Shown: positions 37,222 through 48,002, numbered from the stretch's first letter. The stretch is DNA of 64,000 bases from an uncultured virus (IMG/VR IMGVR_UViG_3300030376_002698) (IMGVR_UViG_3300030376_002698:1-64000); one strand, 5' to 3'. The notes: generated from the sequence alone by a model not told the origin. Program-made: numbers and translations.

Positions 37222-40200
37222 TTAAAATAGTGCTTTTGTTGGGTTTTGTATCAGCTCTCTGGTTTTGAATGCTGATGATCTAGGTGCATTATATTTAGGA
37301 TGCCCTAGTTGTCCTAATACCACGTTTAATGCATCATCATAAGATAATCCATCTTCCATATATTCGTCTACTGCTTGACTTAACCAAATAGGTAAGAATT
37401 TCTGTCCTAATTGACCACCAATTGCTAACGCTTTATCTAAAGCATTATCATCTTTCTTAGTTATTGAAGGACTCCAACCAGTAGTGAGGTATTCTCTGTT
37501 TGTCATAATCTCACCAAATGTTTTGGTTAAAGAGCCTAGTTTTTTTACGCCAGTTTTTTGCGGATCTGTCAACCAATGAAACGGTTCCATGTACTGTTTA
37601 CTAAACGTCATGACTTCTCCGTTTCCTAAATCTATTCTTGTAGGGTCTTTATTCTCTAATATAGAATGCCCTGTAAATGCATAGTTCATAGCATTAGCCA
37701 ATGTTCCATACAATATAGCACCATTAATCAAATATGTCATATAAAGATTACGGTTTCTTTCATTAGCATTAAATGCTGGTATTGCTCTACCTGCTACTCT
37801 TAAGTTAGATATAGTCCAATCTGGAGCAAATAAAGCTAACTGTAGATATGGTCTTGCACTTGGTTTAAATGCTTCTAATGCCATATTTCTTAACATTGGA
37901 TCGCTAACTTCCATTGCTAATCTAGTAAAATCTTGTCCACCAAATGCATCATTAGCAAACTCACTAGCATCTCTAGCTAGTATAGTTAATGGTGTTTTAG
38001 GATTTTCCATAACTAATTGATTTAGTTTTGCCAATCCAGTATAGAGCTTCATGTTGGTAAAGCTGCGTTCCCAAGTAATTTTATCAAACCAACGGAATAC
38101 TTTTCTAGTAGGTTTTACACCTAAATCATTTAGTACTTTACCCATAGAAGGTAATTTAGATACTGCATCTTCTATATTGTTAAATGTTTTATAGAATGAA
38201 TCAGCTCCTATATCAGTAGGTTTGTTAATAGTTAAACCATTTCTTACTAATAATTCTACTACATCTCCATAGTCAGATTCTAATACTCTATCTAGGGTAG
38301 GTTTGTAGTCTGTTTCTAAAAATTTTAAAAAGTCTGGGTGATTTGGATCATCAGCTGCTTTTAACATTAAACTCTTTTGATCAGTAAAAGCTTCTTTAGT
38401 TAATTTACCTGCAGGCTTTAATCCTTTTAATGGACCAAATGTATAAAATACACTTTCTACTAAGGAAGCTGCATGAAAGAATGAAGCGCCTACTGCAAAT
38501 CGTTTCATAAAAAAATTAAGATTTTGTGAATGTCTAATAAGAGCATTAGGATCTTGTGCATCCATAACCATTTTTAAATATGGAATAGCATCTTCATGCA
38601 CAAAAGCTTTTTCTATACTATATATTTCATCAGTAAATTCGTATTTATTTGTTATAGGATTTAACTCTTTAACATAATTTCTTTTATTTAATATAGGATG
38701 ATCAAACTCTTTGTATTTATACTTTATATCTTTAGGTATTTTGTCTAATTGAGTATGGATAACAGGTGTAGTCATACCAGGAAAGTTATTTTGTTTAAGA
38801 TGTCTTATCATATTTTTTTCATTAGAAGCTTTACCAATAGCAGTTGCATATCTAGACATAATATCAAAAACATTTAAATCGCCATTATCAGTTGTTTTTG
38901 GCATATAACCCATTCTAATACCTTGTTCATATGTAGGTATAATTCTTTTTTTAGCTGATTTACCTAAACCACCAGTAGCACCAAATAATTGTTTTGCAGG
39001 TACTACAGTTCCATCTAATAACTTAATATTTTGATTATCTATTTTATCTGCATTATTAAAAGCTTTACCGCCTGGTGTAGCTTCCCATTCTTGACTTATA
39101 TAGTTTCGTAAATAACCTACTTTACTTTTTTTAGCTCTCATAACAGTAGACATACCATCATGAAACTCTGCAAAAACACCGCCTTCTTTTACAAGATTAA
39201 ATTCTTGTTGTGTAAACTTAACAGTAATTTTTTCAAGGTTATCATCAATATACTTTGATAGTTCTAAAGCAGCTTTTTCTTGACCTACTTCTGGTAATCT
39301 TTTTATGTATCTATTATTAGCTTCTAATAAAACAGCTTTATTAAATTTTTGAAATGTAAATGTACCATCTTTTGCAATTTCTTTAGGTGCTTGCATAGCA
39401 AATACCATAGCTTCTGCTTTAACAGGATCAACCAAAGTTCTTAAAGCATTAAACTGTCTAACTTTTTGATCAACTTTTATAACATTGCTTTGCATAGATA
39501 ATGCTATTTCTTTAATATTAATTTGATTTTCAGCTTTAGTTAGCTTTTCATCAATAGTAGTTTTATCAAAAGATTTTCTTATACTTTTTATTATTAAAGG
39601 TGCACTTGCAAATGTAACACCTAATGTAGCAGCAGTAGCTAATTTATCTTCTTCTGCTGTAAGAAATCCAGCAAGACCACCTACACCTGCTAATGAACTA
39701 GTAGATTTCCAATTAAACTCATTCATGAAAGTAGCGTTTTTTATTCTATGTGTATCTGCTTCTACTTGATTTTTAATTATTTGTTTAATTTCCTTAGTGA
39801 TAATTGGTCCACCCATAGATGCACTTAAAATTTCATCTGTAGCTTCTTTTAATGCTTTATCTAAATCTTTTGGATATTTATCTAATTTTTGTGCTTGTAC
39901 AACTGCAGTTTTTTCTATTGTTGCTCCAGTCTCTGCAGACAGTTTTGAACTTAATCCCCCCATCATAGCTCCAAAGGCAAGGTTAGCAGTTCCTGCTATA
40001 CTAGCTTCGGCTATGGTTCTACCTGCTGAGATATCTGCATCTTCCCCTAATTGAAGGGGTATACTATATGCAGTACCAAAAGCAGCCCCACCTACTACAG
40101 CTGCACCAGCACGAGCTAAACGCTCTGCTTTTACTGTTGTAGCTCCCACAGCTTTGACAGCTGCGTTTCCTAATCTTCCCCATCCTACAATAGGTATGGC

Positions 40201-40554
40201 TAATAAGTACGGATCAGCAAGAGTTGCATTAATTAACTCACTTGCTAACATTGATGGATGTGATATTAAAAATTTGGCTACTTCACTTGCATCAAATGTA
40301 CCGCCTTCTTCTAATAAATAGCTAAACTTGTTATATATACGAGTAGCTTCTTCAAACTCTTTACTACCAGGAGTAGCTACTTTTAATATTTCTTTAGCGT
40401 CAGCAGCTTGTTTCTTTTTAGTGTTACCAGTAAAGTATTGGTATAACGATGCAGGTAAAGATTCTTCAAACCATAGCTCTCCTAAAGGTCTAATGTTAAA
40501 ACCCACTTCTGGCATTTGGACATTAGGCATATCCACATTAGGATTTTCAGCCAT
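37222..40554 (-). CDS. Large internal virion/ejection protein (module B)
   Basis: 1110 aa in the same position as 1302..3956; FAPDWT motif; no visible similarity to the module A protein. Confidence 0.6.
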   Translation of the reverse strand: MAENPNVDMPNVQMPEVGFNIRPLGELWFEESLPASLYQYFTGNTKKKQAADAKEILKVATPGSKEFEEATRIYNKFSYLLEEGGTFDASEVAKFLISHPSMLASELINATLADPYLLAIPIVGWGRLGNAAVKAVGATTVKAERLARAGAAVVGGAAFGTAYSIPLQLGEDADISAGRTIAEASIAGTANLAFGAMMGGLSSKLSAETGATIEKTAVVQAQKLDKYPKDLDKALKEATDEILSASMGGPIITKEIKQIIKNQVEADTHRIKNATFMNEFNWKSTSSLAGVGGLAGFLTAEEDKLATAATLGVTFASAPLIIKSIRKSFDKTTIDEKLTKAENQINIKEIALSMQSNVIKVDQKVRQFNALRTLVDPVKAEAMVFAMQAPKEIAKDGTFTFQKFNKAVLLEANNRYIKRLPEVGQEKAALELSKYIDDNLEKITVKFTQQEFNLVKEGGVFAEFHDGMSTVMRAKKSKVGYLRNYISQEWEATPGGKAFNNADKIDNQNIKLLDGTVVPAKQLFGATGGLGKSAKKRIIPTYEQGIRMGYMPKTTDNGDLNVFDIMSRYATAIGKASNEKNMIRHLKQNNFPGMTTPVIHTQLDKIPKDIKYKYKEFDHPILNKRNYVKELNPITNKYEFTDEIYSIEKAFVHEDAIPYLKMVMDAQDPNALIRHSQNLNFFMKRFAVGASFFHAASLVESVFYTFGPLKGLKPAGKLTKEAFTDQKSLMLKAADDPNHPDFLKFLETDYKPTLDRVLESDYGDVVELLVRNGLTINKPTDIGADSFYKTFNNIEDAVSKLPSMGKVLNDLGVKPTRKVFRWFDKITWERSFTNMKLYTGLAKLNQLVMENPKTPLTILARDASEFANDAFGGQDFTRLAMEVSDPMLRNMALEAFKPSARPYLQLALFAPDWTISNLRVAGRAIPAFNANERNRNLYMTYLINGAILYGTLANAMNYAFTGHSILENKDPTRIDLGNGEVMTFSKQYMEPFHWLTDPQKTGVKKLGSLTKTFGEIMTNREYLTTGWSPSITKKDDNALDKALAIGGQLGQKFLPIWLSQAVDEYMEDGLSYDDALNVVLGQLGHPKYNAPRSSAFKTRELIQNPTKALF

Positions 40555-41780
40555 TAGATATATAAATCAGGTCTAAATTTCTTAAGTGCTTTCTTAGCTT
40601 CTTCAGCTCCACTGCTTTGTTTAATCTTCTTGAGCATTTCACTACTATCAATAATAGCATCTTCCCAAGTATAACCACCAGCAGTTTTAGGATTAGATAT
40701 AATATTTCCATCTGTTTCAGGAACAAATACTTCAGGTCCATCTTCACCAATAATAGTTGGTACACCTTCGAATACTTCTCCACCCATTCTTTTACCTTTA
40801 AGTATATCTTCAATAGTTGCAGACCCAATAGAATATTTATTACCTGTAAACCATTCTTTTAATCTAATGTTTTCTTTAATGCCAAGACCATCAAATACTA
40901 TTGATTCTGCTTTAATAAAATCTTGAGCTTCAGGATCTCTATTTCCATCTGCAGCTGCTAAATTCATAGCCATAGATATAACTTGTTCATCAATAATTCT
41001 AAATGCTTGTCCAGAATCACTATCACTAACTTTTAAACCAGATAATAATGATTGAGCTTTAGGAGATTTTTGAGAATCATACATAGTTTTAAATGTTTCA
41101 ATTTGACTTGCATTTTTTATATCACCTAATAAACTTGGATTTGCTATTACTAAGTTTTTGTATTCTTCTGATACACCATTTAATGAAGCAACATATTGTT
41201 CAGTATATTCATCATTACGTTTATTTTTAGTAAAGTCATATCTACTTATATCAATACTCAATTCTTTACTTATATTATTAAGTTTACCAAAATCAATTTC
41301 ATTAATAACTGTTGCTGTATTTTTAAGATCTGTAGTTTCAAATTGTTGTTGATCTTTAAGAGCTTGAATCATAAATTCTCCCTCTTTCATTTTCATAAGA
41401 CGTTGATTATTTTTTCTTAATTCCTGATTAGTAATAAATCCTTGTGTAGCTTCTGCTGCAGGCATTAAAGCGCCTCCAATATTTTTACCTTCAGAAGCTC
41501 CCTTCATTAAAGATAAACCCATTATAAAAGCTGGATTACTCATCATTTTGTCAGTAAAACCTTCTTCTTTATCTTGACCTACATATTCTCTAACACCAGT
41601 TAAAAATTTATTAACTTTTTCTTTATCACCTAAATCAGAACTTAATTCTAATAAACCATCATCATTAATATCATATCTTGATTGCAAAGATGAACCAACA
41701 CTATTAGATTGTCCACTAGCAAATAGGTTGTTAAATTGTCCTTGTAAATTAGAACCTTTATTAAAAAAATCTATAGCCAT
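40554..41780 (-). CDS. Internal virion/ejection protein (middle, module B)
   Basis: Synteny; C-terminal GG.V..G....GE.GPE.FVP motif. Confidence 0.55.
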   Translation of the reverse strand: MAIDFFNKGSNLQGQFNNLFASGQSNSVGSSLQSRYDINDDGLLELSSDLGDKEKVNKFLTGVREYVGQDKEEGFTDKMMSNPAFIMGLSLMKGASEGKNIGGALMPAAEATQGFITNQELRKNNQRLMKMKEGEFMIQALKDQQQFETTDLKNTATVINEIDFGKLNNISKELSIDISRYDFTKNKRNDEYTEQYVASLNGVSEEYKNLVIANPSLLGDIKNASQIETFKTMYDSQKSPKAQSLLSGLKVSDSDSGQAFRIIDEQVISMAMNLAAADGNRDPEAQDFIKAESIVFDGLGIKENIRLKEWFTGNKYSIGSATIEDILKGKRMGGEVFEGVPTIIGEDGPEVFVPETDGNIISNPKTAGGYTWEDAIIDSSEMLKKIKQSSGAEEAKKALKKFRPDLYI

Positions 41781-42727
41781 TAAAAGAATCCTCCCATTCC
41801 GCCTAGTAATGCTCCACCTAATGCAAAGTATGGATTAGTTGAACCCAACATTTGTGCAGCACTTGCTCCAGTTAATCCACCACCTAAAGCTCCTGTAAGA
41901 GCATTATAACGTGGCTGTTCTGCAGCTTGTTGCGTAATTGGGAATCCAGATGCTATAGGTGATACAATACCTGCGTATTGAGCCAACCTATTATATGGAG
42001 ACATTTGTTCATATTGATATCGTTGTAAATCTTCTTGTAACATTCTACCTTGTAAATCTTCAAATGCACCACCAACGCCAGCTAGTCCTTGAGCGCCTGC
42101 TAAAGCTCTAGCATCAGCAGCAGATTGCATTCCTGGTAAGGCTTGTGCAGCCATTAATTGTTGTTGTTGACCAAATTGATTAGCAACTTGTTGTCTAGAT
42201 AAAGCATCTTGTTGTATGCCTAATTGTCTATTTCTTTCTGTTTCACTTAACTGTGTAGCTATTGGAGCATAAGCCTGAGTAAATGCAGTTTGTGCTGCAG
42301 CTTGTGCACCTGGACTAGTACCAGTTCTGCCCATACCACCAAATTGATCTTGTACAGCATTTAAAGATTGATTAGCAATAGAGGATTGTAAATTACCTAA
42401 ATAAGCTTGTTGTGGAGACAATTGTGCCATACCACTAAATATGTTTGGCGCTTGTCCCGCAGCATAACCAGAAAACACATTTGCAGCTTGTTGCATCATA
42501 GGTGATCCAGATAATTGATTTGTAGATAAATTTTGTAATCCTTGTAAACCTTGTTGTGTTTGTTGTGCAAAAGGTACTACTGTAGATCCAGGATAATATT
42601 GTGAACCAGTTCCAGATTGATATAAATTTGAAGCTTCAGTTAGTATATTATTTAAATATGGTTCTGATGGTTCATAAGGTGATACTTTATTTTCTTGTAC
42701 AGTTGTGTCTCCGCCTCCGCCTGACAT
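41780..42727 (-). CDS. Small ejection protein, Gln-rich (module B)
   Basis: Homolog of 5027..5914. Confidence 0.65.
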   Translation of the reverse strand: MSGGGGDTTVQENKVSPYEPSEPYLNNILTEASNLYQSGTGSQYYPGSTVVPFAQQTQQGLQGLQNLSTNQLSGSPMMQQAANVFSGYAAGQAPNIFSGMAQLSPQQAYLGNLQSSIANQSLNAVQDQFGGMGRTGTSPGAQAAAQTAFTQAYAPIATQLSETERNRQLGIQQDALSRQQVANQFGQQQQLMAAQALPGMQSAADARALAGAQGLAGVGGAFEDLQGRMLQEDLQRYQYEQMSPYNRLAQYAGIVSPIASGFPITQQAAEQPRYNALTGALGGGLTGASAAQMLGSTNPYFALGGALLGGMGGFF

Positions 42728-42728
42728 A

Positions 42729-43148
42729 TTATAGTTTCCTTTCGAGTAAAACGTGTGTTTTCTTAAATTGATATTGTTTTAGGACTCTTTCCCATCCAGG
42801 TCTAGCCCATGATTCTACGTGTGTACATTCTTCTGATTTAGCCCAATTAGCTATCTCATCCATTACATGTACCCATTTTTTCATTTCACGACCAGTAGCA
42901 ATAAATACATTGCATACTTTTGATTTTGGTCTTTTTAATATTTGTGTAATAGCTGTACAATAATGTGATTCTTCAGCATCTTTATCCCAACCTAACCACA
43001 GCTGCATAGTTTCATCTAAACAATTAGCTTTAATATCTGAACTATTATAATGTTCTCCAGATCTTTCTAATGCTAAATGAATGTGTTTATCTACTAAACC
43101 CCATGCTTCTTCAACATTTTCTGTTGGTATTAATATTGCTTTAATCAT
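42729..43148 (-). CDS. Virion-assembly GNAT-like protein (module B)
   Basis: Homolog of 5917..6342. Confidence 0.5.
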   Translation of the reverse strand: MIKAILIPTENVEEAWGLVDKHIHLALERSGEHYNSSDIKANCLDETMQLWLGWDKDAEESHYCTAITQILKRPKSKVCNVFIATGREMKKWVHVMDEIANWAKSEECTHVESWARPGWERVLKQYQFKKTHVLLERKL

Positions 43149-43471
43149 GTAATTTCTAAATAACTACATATAACATGAAGATCATTTGCATTCTCTGCTT
43201 GTACTTTTAATTCTTCATCTGTATTCATAATTAAAGGATTAGTTAATAATTCAGTAGTTGTTTTAGCAGCTATATCTTTTTGTTTAAATAAACTAAATAC
43301 ATCATTATCTGTATTAAGTAGAGTAACTGTGATTTCACAAGCATTACTTGCATCATCATTAGAAACAAGTATTGACTTCACTATACTTACAGTAGCTGCA
43401 GGTGATGTATATAAAACTGTATCATTAGTTGTAGTTAAATCTACCTTTGAGTTTTTATAAGTATGTGCCAT
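43145..43471 (-). CDS. Conserved 108-aa putative virion protein (copy B)
   Basis: 105/108 aa identical to 6339..6665. Confidence 0.7.
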   Translation of the reverse strand: MAHTYKNSKVDLTTTNDTVLYTSPAATVSIVKSILVSNDDASNACEITVTLLNTDNDVFSLFKQKDIAAKTTTELLTNPLIMNTDEELKVQAENANDLHVICSYLEIT

Positions 43472-43671
43472 TACTCATTTCCTTCATCAGTATTAAATGT
43501 TTTATATGGTTCTTTACTTGCTGTTTCATTAAATCCATCATTGAGACTTTTATAAAATTCATCTAATGCATTATGCTCACAATTTGGACATTTGCAAGAA
43601 ACACATACGCCATTGTTTCCACAATGACAGCTATGAAAACAATTTCTGCATTGATCTATGCTAGAAACCAT
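43471..43671 (-). CDS. Small Cys/His-rich (metallothionein-like) peptide
   Basis: C..C.H.CHC.....C..C.C..C.H; homolog 6665..6823. Confidence 0.7.
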   Translation of the reverse strand: MVSSIDQCRNCFHSCHCGNNGVCVSCKCPNCEHNALDEFYKSLNDGFNETASKEPYKTFNTDEGNE

Positions 43672-43826
43672 GCAGCTACTTCCTGATTTTCTACATTGTG
43701 ATATGTAATAAGTTGATTAACAACATCTTCTGTTACTAATTGAAATTCATATTGTGCTAATAAAGCACCTTCTAAACTAGCAGCAGGATAATTGTAGATA
43801 TATGTTAAGTTTAATTTACTAGACAT
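43656..43826 (-). CDS. Hypothetical protein, 56 aa
   Basis: Manual translation ending ENQEVAAWFLA; homolog 6808..6954. Confidence 0.7.
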   Translation of the reverse strand: MSSKLNLTYIYNYPAASLEGALLAQYEFQLVTEDVVNQLITYHNVENQEVAAWFLA

Positions 43827-44782
43827 TACCAGCCTCCACCCATACCACTTCTATGATCTCCACTTTTGCTTACCTTACCACCATATTGTTTACTATCTTT
43901 ACCGCCTGTACCGTCTTGACCTCCTCGATTGCTACCGCCACCTTTTTGTCTACCGCTAGCACCGCCAGCACCTTTACTACCTGTATTAGTAGCACCAGTC
44001 ATTCCCTGACCTTTACGTTGATTTTTTTGACGTTCATATGTATCTCTACTAACACCAGCATATCCAGCTGCTACTTTTTTCTGAGCTTCAGATGTATTAG
44101 TTGCTCTAGCTTCTCTCATAGCACCTTCACGTCTGTTATCAAAATTAGCTTCTGTTGGATTTGATCTTTGAAATGCTCCATAATTTATTTTATTATCAAA
44201 TTCTAGTGCAGCTTTTTCACCATATTTATTTTTTATAGTATTATATTGATCTATTGCGTTTCTATTATTTAGTCCTAATGCTTTTAATCCTGTATTTACT
44301 GGTGTATTATCTAATAAACTATTCATCATTTTATTAAATTGGTAATCCATAGATTCAGGATCTAATTCTGTAAATGTTCCATCTTCTGCAAATCTAAAAG
44401 CTCTATCACCAATAAATTCTGTATGTATACCACCACCTATACTTCCATCTCCCATTGGACCTCTACCTCTACCACCTTCACCTTGTCCTATTGCAGCATT
44501 AACCATAGGACCAATTGGTAGCATAGTATTATTATTTATAGCTTGTGGCGGTACTCCTGGTGTATAACTTAAATAATTAGGAACGCCAGATGGATTCATA
44601 GATGTAGCTCCACCACTAAAATCACGTGTAATTAAACCAGGTTGAAAATTATTAGCTAAAAGATTTTGTTGATATCCAGGCATTGTACCTGTAAATCCTT
44701 GTAAATAATCTGGACTACCAAAATTACTGTTTTGTATACGTTGTTGTAAGTCTGCTGTTTGTGGGTTAGTTAAAAGTACCAT
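43826..44782 (-). CDS. Hypothetical virion-associated low-complexity protein (module B)
   Basis: Homolog of 6954..7835; Gly-rich C-terminus. Confidence 0.55.
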   Translation of the reverse strand: MVLLTNPQTADLQQRIQNSNFGSPDYLQGFTGTMPGYQQNLLANNFQPGLITRDFSGGATSMNPSGVPNYLSYTPGVPPQAINNNTMLPIGPMVNAAIGQGEGGRGRGPMGDGSIGGGIHTEFIGDRAFRFAEDGTFTELDPESMDYQFNKMMNSLLDNTPVNTGLKALGLNNRNAIDQYNTIKNKYGEKAALEFDNKINYGAFQRSNPTEANFDNRREGAMREARATNTSEAQKKVAAGYAGVSRDTYERQKNQRKGQGMTGATNTGSKGAGGASGRQKGGGSNRGGQDGTGGKDSKQYGGKVSKSGDHRSGMGGGW

Positions 44783-46248
44783 TATCTATATCCTTCATTA
44801 GTTGCTTCTATGTCAATACCTTGTGCATCAGACCAAGATGTATCTGCTGGTATATTAAGATTAAATTTAAAATATCGTGCTGATTTACGCAAAGGTATAT
44901 TACCTGTGCTATGCATTGATGATGATGCTGTAGTCGTAAAAGAGTCAGCAACTTTATTACGAAAAGTTAATGAACCTGTAGCAGCACTAGTATCTACAAT
45001 AGGTCTAACGTTGCTTATTAATGATCTACTAGTTGGAAATATTTCTGTTTCGCCAGTACCTATTTCTGCAGCTAAAGAAGGACCATTAAATGAACCTAAT
45101 TTATGATCTGTACTAAATGCACCTACCGATCTTGAACCACCAATAAATACAGGACTATCCAATGATACTGTTATAGCATCTAAATCATTAGCACCTGATG
45201 ACGGATAATCATCTAAATCTTCTAATGTAAATCCAGGTGATAAGTAATCAATTATTACTTCGTGATCTAGTTCTACTAATGACCATCTTTCACTAGCAAT
45301 ATGATATATAATAATTTTATCGTTTTGTGTATTAGAGTTTTTACCAGTAGTTGAAGGATAAGACCACATAACTAATTTGTTTTCATGATCATAAGATGCT
45401 CTTACTCGTTCTCTTAATCCAAACTTTAGATCATTATAGAAAAAACGATCAACTTTATTAGCACCAATAGGTCTAGAAGCATTACCATCAGTAACATAAA
45501 AACCATCTTCAGATAAAAAATAAACTAAGTTACCTACTTGTATAATATTCTTACCTTGTATAGCTCCTCTATTATCTTCTATTCTTCTAAATTGAAATAC
45601 AACATTACCACCACGATAATCCATACGAGTAATACGTGATTCTTGAAATATTAATCCGTATTGTCCGCCAGTTAAACCAGTAACAACACCCCCTTCAGGT
45701 AATACTTCAGAGTCAGATTGATTTGTACCAACTGTCCATGAGGTTGCACTATTAAAACTAGACCATTGTACTTTGTTTTGTAAAGTTGGTTGATGACCTG
45801 TAACTATAAAATTACCAACAACAGCAGCATGTCTAAATACTGGAGGTGATCCATTTAGTGCTGCAAAATCAGTTGAGCTATCTAATGTCCATGCTTGAGG
45901 TGCATCAACACCATTAAATGCAACTACCACTTCGCCAAATCGAATAAAATCCCAATAACCTTCTGCATCTGTTGCAAATGTTGTGCCACCACTTTCATCA
46001 ACAAAAGCATTTCCTGTTAATTTATAAAGTTTTGTTTTATCTCCAGCAAAAATAGATACAACACCACTGTCAGATTTAAAAGCTTTACCACCTTGTGCTC
46101 TAGCATCAGTAGCGTTACTTGAAGTAGCAGCTATATTATTAAACGGTCTATAACTAGTTACAGCAGGAAATACATTTTTAGCTTGTGTAGCACCTGGATT
46201 AATATGATCTGGCAAATCTGGTAGCCATTCTCCGAAAGGTAACTGCAT
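44782..46248 (-). CDS. Tail nozzle protein (module B)
   Basis: 488 aa colinear homolog of 7835..9301. Confidence 0.7.
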   Translation of the reverse strand: MQLPFGEWLPDLPDHINPGATQAKNVFPAVTSYRPFNNIAATSSNATDARAQGGKAFKSDSGVVSIFAGDKTKLYKLTGNAFVDESGGTTFATDAEGYWDFIRFGEVVVAFNGVDAPQAWTLDSSTDFAALNGSPPVFRHAAVVGNFIVTGHQPTLQNKVQWSSFNSATSWTVGTNQSDSEVLPEGGVVTGLTGGQYGLIFQESRITRMDYRGGNVVFQFRRIEDNRGAIQGKNIIQVGNLVYFLSEDGFYVTDGNASRPIGANKVDRFFYNDLKFGLRERVRASYDHENKLVMWSYPSTTGKNSNTQNDKIIIYHIASERWSLVELDHEVIIDYLSPGFTLEDLDDYPSSGANDLDAITVSLDSPVFIGGSRSVGAFSTDHKLGSFNGPSLAAEIGTGETEIFPTSRSLISNVRPIVDTSAATGSLTFRNKVADSFTTTASSSMHSTGNIPLRKSARYFKFNLNIPADTSWSDAQGIDIEATNEGYR

Positions 46249-46889
46249 TATACGTTATCAAAATTGTTAATATTTATACCCGATCTTTGTATTAATGGAG
46301 AACCATTATGTTTTTCTTTTTCATCCATTTCTTTAATTTGATTTATACCAGTAACGAATAATTGTTGCCATTGTGCAACAGTGTCTGGTGCAATACCCCT
46401 AATAAAATTACTCGCATGATATAGACTACCATATAAATATACAGCAGGATGATTGGTGAGTATGAAATTAGTTGTTGTACTATCTGACAGGGAGTCAAAT
46501 GCCTTGTAGTACACAAGGTTTGCTGTGTAAGTTGTATCAGGGGTAGGACTGAAACGAAAGTTAGTACCTTCAATACTATAAGCTTGAGGTGTACCTGTTC
46601 TACTAGAACCTCTCATATCAAATTGGTTGTAGGGTGTACTATAGGTAAGTTTTGTTTTACCATTATTATTAAGAAAAAAACTTCTTACTCCTAAAAATCC
46701 TGTAGGTAATGCTTCTTGTTCAGCATCAATAGTAATAGTTTCAGTATTTTCCATAGATCTTATACGCAGCTCTCTATTAAATTCTGCTTCGCATAACGAT
46801 ATAAAATCAGGTATTTCATTAGTTAAATCATCTCGTGCTAACCAATTAGCAATAGAAGTTTGTAAATTTGCATAATTATTTAAAGCCAT
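46248..46889 (-). CDS. Head-tail adaptor (module B)
   Basis: Homolog of 9301..9948. Confidence 0.75.
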   Translation of the reverse strand: MALNNYANLQTSIANWLARDDLTNEIPDFISLCEAEFNRELRIRSMENTETITIDAEQEALPTGFLGVRSFFLNNNGKTKLTYSTPYNQFDMRGSSRTGTPQAYSIEGTNFRFSPTPDTTYTANLVYYKAFDSLSDSTTTNFILTNHPAVYLYGSLYHASNFIRGIAPDTVAQWQQLFVTGINQIKEMDEKEKHNGSPLIQRSGININNFDNV

Positions 46890-47206
46890 TATAGTTTCTT
46901 ATCTCCTACTCTAAAATTTTCGAACTCATTACTATTAATCATTTTTTTAATGATATTACGTTGATCATCTTTATGTACTTGCCACCAATTTGAATGACCA
47001 AATAGTTCTTTGCATTTAATTTGTAAAGCTATTAAAGGTATTTGAGCTATACGTTGAAACTCACCTTTTTGTTCTCCATTTCTATGATTGCGACTTATTT
47101 TATTACTTTGTAATATAGGAGATATATCTTGTGAATGTTTTACTACTAATTTACTTGTAGATTTATCTACATGTATATCTTGATTAGGATTATATATATC
47201 AGTCAT
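46889..47206 (-). CDS. Conserved phage hypothetical protein
   Basis: Homolog of 9948..10265. Confidence 0.65.
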   Translation of the reverse strand: MTDIYNPNQDIHVDKSTSKLVVKHSQDISPILQSNKISRNHRNGEQKGEFQRIAQIPLIALQIKCKELFGHSNWWQVHKDDQRNIIKKMINSNEFENFRVGDKKL

Positions 47207-47207
47207 A

Positions 47208-48002
47208 TTATAATTCTGTTACATCAACATCATACGCATCAACTAGAACTCTCCAACCATACGTATCATTATAAAACACTAAACCAATACCAGTGTTTTG
47301 TGTAGTAATAGTAAGGTCAGCATCAGCTGCTTGTATTTTTTTTGAATTTCTACCAATAGTTAAGTTGTTTGAGTCAAATGATGCAGTTGCATCAAGTACA
47401 TGTATTTCATCACCAGCACTAGGACTAGCAGGAAGTGTAATTGTAAACGCACCGCCTGAAGTATCACATAATATTTTATCACCAGCAACTGCTGTGTAGT
47501 TTGCTGTTTTAGTTAAATTGTAATTAATGTGTGATTTAGTATTTAGCTGTGTTTGAATAGCACTAGTAACACCATCAACATAATTTAATTCAGTAGTAGA
47601 TAGAGTAGCTCCATCAAGTATTTCTAATTCAGTTTCATTAATAGATGCACTACCAATAATAAATCCTGTAGCAGTAACTGTAGAGTTAAATGCAGCAGCT
47701 CCAGCTTCAGACATATCTAGGGTTAAAGCAGTTATATCAGATGTGTTATCAGTGCCTTTAAATATAATATCGGTATCACCTGCTTGAGCATCAATAGTAA
47801 TATTACCAGCACTTGTTGCTATATTTACAGCAGCATCACCAACGCCTATATCGTCAGCAGCAACAGCACTAGACATTGCAGAGTTTAAATTTGCAAAAGT
47901 TATTTTCTTCGTTACACCAGCATCAGCGTCTACTAATACAAACTGGTCTGCACTGGCAGGGCTAGTTAATGCTGTTAAATCTGAAATCTTACTATCAGCC
48001 AT
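47208..48002 (-). CDS. Short fibre / head-fibre-like protein (module B)
   Basis: Shares N- and C-termini with 10267..11100. Confidence 0.65.
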   Translation of the reverse strand: MADSKISDLTALTSPASADQFVLVDADAGVTKKITFANLNSAMSSAVAADDIGVGDAAVNIATSAGNITIDAQAGDTDIIFKGTDNTSDITALTLDMSEAGAAAFNSTVTATGFIIGSASINETELEILDGATLSTTELNYVDGVTSAIQTQLNTKSHINYNLTKTANYTAVAGDKILCDTSGGAFTITLPASPSAGDEIHVLDATASFDSNNLTIGRNSKKIQAADADLTITTQNTGIGLVFYNDTYGWRVLVDAYDVDVTEL

